The notes under the pieces are model-generated. The model was not told the DNA's origin. It did not search any database and saw only the letters and a program-made list of their open reading frames with translations. Below are positions 62,248 through 64,000 of a stretch of 64,000 nucleotides of DNA, piece by piece. A program made the translations under genes and the position numbers. Position 1 is the first letter of the stretch, and each line of letters starts with the position of its first letter. Source of the stretch: Squalus acanthias (taxonomy: Eukaryota); contig CM059431.1 of the NCBI GenBank assembly GCA_030390025.1, forward strand, positions 110,920,001 through 110,984,000. The letters are read 5' to 3'.

Positions 62248-63198
62248 ATGGCAGGGCAGCTCAGCAACGTGGAGTGCTCCTCCTGTGCTATGTTGGAAGT
62301 CAGGGACACTTTAGGTGTCCAGGGCGAACACATGTGCAGGAAGTGTCTCCAGCTGCAGCTACTCAAAATCTGCGTTTCGGAGCTGGAGCTGCGGTTGGAG
62401 TCACTGTGGAGCATCCGCGAAGCTGAGATCTTCGTGGATAGCACGTTTAACAAGGTGGTCACACCACAGGTAAAGCGTGCACAGGCAGACAGGGAATGGG
62501 TGACCACCAGACAGAGTAAAAGAACTAGGAAGGTAGTGCAGAAGTCCCCAGGGTCCATCTCCCTCTCCGACAGATTTTCCGTTTTGGATACTGATGGGGG
62601 AGAGGGTTTCTCAGGGGAATGCAGCAAGAGCCAAGTCCGTGGCACTACGACTGGCTCAGCTGCACAGGAGGGGAGGAAAAAGAGTGGGAGAGCAATAGTG
62701 ATAGGGGATTCTATCGTAAGGGGAACAGATAGACGTTTCTGTGGCCGCAGAGGTGACTCCAGGATGCTATGTTGCCTCCCTGGTGCCAGGGTCAATGATG
62801 TCACTGAACGGCTGCAGGGCATTCTGAAGGGGGAGGGCGAACAGTCAGAGGTCGTGGTTCACATTGGTACCAACTACATGGGTAGAAAGAGGGATGAGGT
62901 CCTGCAACAAGAATTTAGGGAGCTAGGTAGCAGATTAAAAAGCAGGACCTCAAAGGTTGTAATCTCTGGATTACTCCCGGTGCCACATGCTAGTGAGTAT
63001 AGGAATAGGAGGATAGAGCAGATGAATGCGTGGCTAAAGAGTTGGTGCAGGAGGGAGGGCTTTAGTTTCCTGGATCACTGGGTCTGCTTCTGGGGAAGGT
63101 GGGACCTGTACAAGTCGGACAGGTTGCACCTGAACCGGAACGGGACCAACATCCTTGCGGGGAGGTTTGCTAGTACTGTTGGGGGGGGTTTAAACTAA
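62248..63198 (+). CDS. CR1 ORF1p: CxxC..CxxC zinc finger, leucine zipper and SGNH esterase domain (316 aa)
   Basis: CSSC...CRKC; VSELELRLESL; IGDSIVR, LPGA, HIGTN, DRLHLN. Frame open, though some consensus positions are substituted. Confidence 0.88.
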   Translation: MAGQLSNVECSSCAMLEVRDTLGVQGEHMCRKCLQLQLLKICVSELELRLESLWSIREAEIFVDSTFNKVVTPQVKRAQADREWVTTRQSKRTRKVVQKSPGSISLSDRFSVLDTDGGEGFSGECSKSQVRGTTTGSAAQEGRKKSGRAIVIGDSIVRGTDRRFCGRRGDSRMLCCLPGARVNDVTERLQGILKGEGEQSEVVVHIGTNYMGRKRDEVLQQEFRELGSRLKSRTSKVVISGLLPVPHASEYRNRRIEQMNAWLKSWCRREGFSFLDHWVCFWGRWDLYKSDRLHLNRNGTNILAGRFASTVGGGLN

Positions 63199-63302
63199 CT
63201 TGGCAGGGGGATGGGATACGGAGTGGAGCTATAGTAGGGGATGATGCACAGCCAAATATAGAGGAAAAAACAAGTCAGCCTGGAAGGCAGAGCAAATATG
63301 TA

Positions 63303-64000
63303 ATGGCACAAAGGAGTATGGCAAGGCTGGATGGCATTTATTTTAATGCAAGGAGTCTTGCGAGTAAGGCAGATGAATTGAAGGTGTTGATGAACACATG
63401 GGAGTATGATAATGTTGCTATCACAGAGACATGGTTGAGGGAGGGGCAGGACTGGCAGCTCAATATTCCGGGGTATAGAATCTTCAGGCGAGACAGAGGG
63501 GAGTGTAAAAGAGGAGGGGGTGTCGCAATATTAATCAAGGAGTCAATTACTGCTGTAAGGAGGGATGATATCTTAGCAGGTTCCTCTAATGTGGCCATGT
63601 GGGTAGAACTTATAAACAAAAAGGGGGCAAGCACTTTGCTGGGAGTATACTATAGGCCCCCAAACAGTCAGGGGGAGATAGAGGAATAGATATGTAGGCA
63701 AATCTCAGAGAGGTGTAGAAATAATAGGGTAATAATAGTAGGGGATTTCAACTTCCCCAATATGAACTGGGATAGTCAGAATGTGAAAGGCTTAGAGGGT
63801 GCAAAATTCTTAAAGTGCATCCAGGAGAGCTTTTTGAGCCAGCATGTAGAAAGTCCTACAAGAGAGGGGTCGGTACTGGATCTAATTCTAGGGAATGTAG
63901 CCAGGCAAGTGGTAGAAGTGTTAGTAGGAGAGCATTTTGGTGACAGTGACCATAATTCGGTGAGATTTAAGGTAGTCATGGAAAAGGACAAAGATGGACC
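63303..64000 (+). pseudogene. CR1 ORF2 APE endonuclease, in-frame stop at 63687-63689
   Basis: YFNARSL, AITETWL, YYRPP, then TAG, then VGDFN and GDSDHN. Confidence 0.88.

Larger units (their letters stand above)
61960..64000 (+). mobile_element. CR1 LINE 5' portion (5' UTR, ORF1, start of ORF2), continues beyond the window
   Basis: ORF1 is followed directly by an APE domain. Left boundary approximate. Confidence 0.9.

Noticed and set aside
1..64000. CRISPR arrays, operons or other prokaryotic systems
   Set aside because: The DNA is eukaryotic, with spliceosomal introns and vertebrate retroposons. No regularly spaced repeat-spacer array was seen.

Overview
This is vertebrate nuclear DNA, repeat-dense and intergenic or intronic. 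The SINE/LINE complement (Deu-domain SINEs, HE1/V-type SINEs, CR1, L2, Penelope-like elements) points to a cartilaginous fish; that assignment is inference. No host protein-coding gene is recognisable, only a few unverified exon-like segments. PIF/Harbinger DNA transposons dominate. One copy (15579-19742; TTA TSD, 12-bp TIRs) appears coding-intact, with an uninterrupted 386-aa DDE transposase and a convergent three-exon Myb/SANT partner gene that splices to a 458-aa ORF. A second full-length copy (43406-48139) is mutated and carries a Penelope insertion. At least six older relics and many MITEs have related termini. Other contents: a ~750-bp MITE family (three copies) with covarying palindromes and three conserved consensus 5' splice sites, Penelope LTRs with minimal hammerhead ribozymes, a 1.08-kb solo LTR ending in a tRNA-like fold, and a CR1 with an open esterase ORF1 at the window end. 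All coordinates and alignments were read by eye; the boundaries of old repeats are approximate.
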